Origin: Obrimoposthia wandeli
Taxonomy: Eukaryota
Length of the DNA stretch: 64,000 bases
Direction of reading: 5' to 3'
Assembly (NCBI GenBank): GCA_977020255.1
Contig: CDROCS010002422.1
Coordinates: 310,001 to 374,000, forward strand
The position numbers and the translations under genes were made by a program. Numbering within the stretch: the stretch's first letter is position 1; every line of letters starts with the position of its first letter. Positions 61,493 through 64,000 of this stretch are shown here, one piece after another. The notes beneath the pieces are model-generated. The model saw nothing but the letters and a program-made list of their open reading frames with translations. It was not told the DNA's origin and did no database searches.

Positions 61493-61529
61493 TTCTTAGA
61501 TTTACGCTGTCTTTTTACAGTTAGTGCTT

Positions 61530-62966
61530 TCAATATTTTTGCTGCTTAAGTATCTCATCGCCTACTCTGGTGCAATGCGCTAACATTGTTTCTATATCAG
61601 TAATGTTACATGCACTATTGGCTAAGATTAATCTAATACCCGTACGCCCCTTAAACTGCGCGTAATCTATGTAGGTTCCCTCTGCTTTTAGGGCTGTGCA
61701 AATGGCAATGTTTAAACGGCGCAATTCTGTTTCATCTAGCTCTTGTGCAGCTAAACCGGCAGCAGGCTGATAACGAAACAGCACATTAAGGTAGCCAGCA
61801 GGTGCTAGCATCTCCAAGTGAGCGTGCTCTTCAATCATTGCAACACAATGTGATTTACAGGCAAAAAGGTGATCAATTTTATCACTGAAGCCTTTATTGC
61901 CCATAGCTTTCCAGCTCATCCACACTTTAAGTGCATCTGCGCGGCGTCCACATTGTATTGACCTCTCGCCTAAATTAAAGGCCGAATTTTCGTCACTATG
62001 AAATAAGTACTCACCGCCACCACCTGAGCAAACTTCCTTTAAAAAGCCAGCTTGTTTCACTAAAATAACGGCCGCTGTAATCGGCACATTCATTAATTTA
62101 TGCGCATCCCAAGCCACAGAATCAGCTAGTTCAGATCCCTTCAATAAATGCTTATGTTTTTCACTAAACAGTACCGGCGCTCCCCATGCACCATCAATAT
62201 GCAGCCAAATGTCGTAGCGCTTAGCTATTTGTGAACACTGCGTCACATCATCGTATGCACCTATTACAGTAGTACCTGCGGTTAATCCAATAAAGAACGG
62301 CGTGTGTCCTTTTTCAATAGCACGCTTTATTTCGATCTCTAGTTGTTCAGGGTCTATCTTGCCATCGCTATCACTTTTAACCGCGATTAAATTATCGCTG
62401 CCAATACCTAATACATTCACCGCTTTCAGACTTGAGTAATGTGCTTGATCTGAAACAAAAGCAACCAGCGTTTTACCACCTAGCCCTTGGGTTTTAGCTT
62501 GTGGTGCTGCTTTGTGTCTGGCAAGTAACATGCCGATAAGGTTCGCTTGGCTACCCCCGCTAACCATCACGCCATCGCTTTGTTCAGGATCAAATCCAAC
62601 TAATTGATTCCATTGTTTAATTAGCTCAAGCTCCATCAAGGTAGCGACAGGCCCTACCTGATAAGTATGCATAGTGGCATTAGAGAGGCTTGTCACCCAA
62701 TCTCCAAGCACTGCAGGCGCATTTAAGCCGGAATAAAGCAGCTTAAAGAAATTTGTTTGTGATACTTCAGGATTGTAATGTAAGTAAGCCTGTGCGCTTT
62801 CAAGTAGCTGTTCAGCGCTCGCGCCTTCATCAGTTAAGCCAACATCTAACAATTGTTGTAACGCTTGAGCGTTAGGTGCTTGAGACACAGGACGATCTTT
62901 AGGGAGCTGCTCAATTAGAGTTGTTAGCAGCTCTAAGCTATTTTGTAATGAAATAGGACTGGCCAT
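61530..62966 (-). CDS. Group II PLP-dependent decarboxylase (GAD/CSAD/PanP-like)
   Basis: SGGSQAN, AHYS, TAGTT, HIDGAWG, DAHK (K290). Confidence 0.92.
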   Translation of the reverse strand: MASPISLQNSLELLTTLIEQLPKDRPVSQAPNAQALQQLLDVGLTDEGASAEQLLESAQAYLHYNPEVSQTNFFKLLYSGLNAPAVLGDWVTSLSNATMHTYQVGPVATLMELELIKQWNQLVGFDPEQSDGVMVSGGSQANLIGMLLARHKAAPQAKTQGLGGKTLVAFVSDQAHYSSLKAVNVLGIGSDNLIAVKSDSDGKIDPEQLEIEIKRAIEKGHTPFFIGLTAGTTVIGAYDDVTQCSQIAKRYDIWLHIDGAWGAPVLFSEKHKHLLKGSELADSVAWDAHKLMNVPITAAVILVKQAGFLKEVCSGGGGEYLFHSDENSAFNLGERSIQCGRRADALKVWMSWKAMGNKGFSDKIDHLFACKSHCVAMIEEHAHLEMLAPAGYLNVLFRYQPAAGLAAQELDETELRRLNIAICTALKAEGTYIDYAQFKGRTGIRLILANSACNITDIETMLAHCTRVGDEILKQQKY

Positions 62967-63258
62967 TTATATTTCCTAGGTGCTTAGTTTATAACGGTGA
63001 AGTTTTTGCATTAAACTGGCATTGGTGAAAAATCGCAATCACCATTAATATAGATCTGTGCATTAGCTTCACTTGTGTGGTTATGTCAGCACAAGTGCAG
63101 TAATAGTTCAATTTAGTGCAAGATTTAATAGTATAATTTTTTATTGATTCATTGTGCCAATGCTAAATTTGTTAACCGTAGTTACTTTCTGTAATAAAGA
63201 AGGCTTGGTTTAAATTAGCATTGCTTAATAAGCATTATTAAGTCATTATCACTTATAT

Positions 63259-63274
63259 CAGAATGATCGTTCTG
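63259..63274. promoter_or_regulatory. Candidate repressor operator (TetR-like dyad) upstream of the GST-like gene
   Basis: CAGAATGATCGTTCTG, 14/16 self-complementary, ending 22 nt before the ATG. Confidence 0.4.
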
Positions 63275-63296
63275 CAACTAATTTAAAAGGCCAAAC

Positions 63297-63857
63297 ATGA
63301 AATTATACGCAAGTTATACCTCTCCCTTTGCTCGCCACTGTCGTATCGCCCTGTTACAAGGAAACGTTGAATGTGAGTTCATCGATACTGATTACGCACA
63401 AAGTGCGGCAAACTCAGCAACGCAAAAAGTTCCTTTTTTAGAAGATGGAGAATTAAAACTTACTGACTCTAGCTCAATTTTGTTCCACATAGCACAAAAA
63501 TCAGGTGGCACTTTCATTAAAGATACCCAAGAACAAGAGTTATTCAGTATGACGAATACTTGCTTAGATGCCACTATCAACCTGTTTTTATTGGAGAATG
63601 ATGGCATTAAAGCAGAAGCTAGCGGTTATTTACAGCGCCAGCAAAACCGTATTGTCTCTGCACTTAAAGAATTAAACGATAAAGTTGAAAACTTAAGTGG
63701 CCCGTTAAATACAGCACAAATGCGTTTAGCTTGTTATGTGGATTGGGCGCTTTTCAGAAAGCGTATTAGCATTGATGGATTAGATAACCTACAAGCATTA
63801 CTTGAAAATGCGCGTACGGATGCTAGTTTCAATGAAACCGCTATTCCAGGTTCTTAA
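63297..63857 (+). CDS. Glutathione S-transferase-family protein
   Basis: MKLYASYTSPFAR; KVPFL...DSSSI GST N-domain. Confidence 0.85.
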   Translation: MKLYASYTSPFARHCRIALLQGNVECEFIDTDYAQSAANSATQKVPFLEDGELKLTDSSSILFHIAQKSGGTFIKDTQEQELFSMTNTCLDATINLFLLENDGIKAEASGYLQRQQNRIVSALKELNDKVENLSGPLNTAQMRLACYVDWALFRKRISIDGLDNLQALLENARTDASFNETAIPGS

Positions 63858-63923
63858 TATCTTGAAATAGCTACTTCAGGATTCAAACACATCAGTTTAC
63901 ATCCTGAATTAGCTATCCAATAG

Positions 63924-63980
63924 CATTGCTGTCCGGTTAAAAAGTGTAAGCCCTCTAACTCGTTGATTTGTGGTTTTCTA
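63924..63980. repeat. Arm of the second palindromic repeat family
   Basis: 55/57 identical to the reverse complement of 16743-16799; may continue past the window end. Confidence 0.8.
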
Positions 63981-64000
63981 GCATCGTAAATTGGATTTTT

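Noticed and set aside
7134-63607. Numerous short ORFs overlapping long genes on the opposite strand or in another frame (e.g. 8426..8746, 24518..24934, 55292..55636, 59208..59660)
   Set aside because: Shadow ORFs of well-supported genes, without RBS or domain evidence.
1-64000. tRNA, rRNA, retron, reverse transcriptase or anti-phage defence genes
   Set aside because: No cloverleaf, rRNA-like sequence, RT (YADD) motif or recognisable defence domain was seen. The small array ORFs could still be defence-related, but the sequence alone does not show it.

Overview
64-kb chromosomal segment, probably from a marine gammaproteobacterium (inferred from gene content and the AT-rich style, not determined). 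Most of it is nutrient scavenging and metabolism: two TRAP loci; a three-subunit flavin/2Fe-2S amine (opine/D-amino acid type) dehydrogenase with RidA; a Pho-box plus LacI-operator controlled ABC/glycerophosphodiesterase/inositol-monophosphatase operon; redox-detox regulator pairs; an MCP; a 17-kb MscS/glycosyltransferase/phosphatase/epimerase/class-5 ABC cluster of unknown product; a LIV-type ABC system; and a GAD/CSAD-like decarboxylase. The most unusual part is an AT-rich islet at about 2.1-6.8 kb. It holds a minimal, frameshifted tyrosine recombinase followed by a same-strand array of small genes. Almost every gene is preceded by the same ~19-nt repeat (exact 13-mer AAAATAACAAGGA x4, plus variants, one in front of the recombinase itself). 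There are no attC sites, 14-bp inverted repeats bound the unit, and a damaged higBA pair follows it. Around the islet are two 163-nt rod-like hairpin repeats with compensatory substitutions and a 37-nt mini-derivative. No rRNA, tRNA or CRISPR array was seen.
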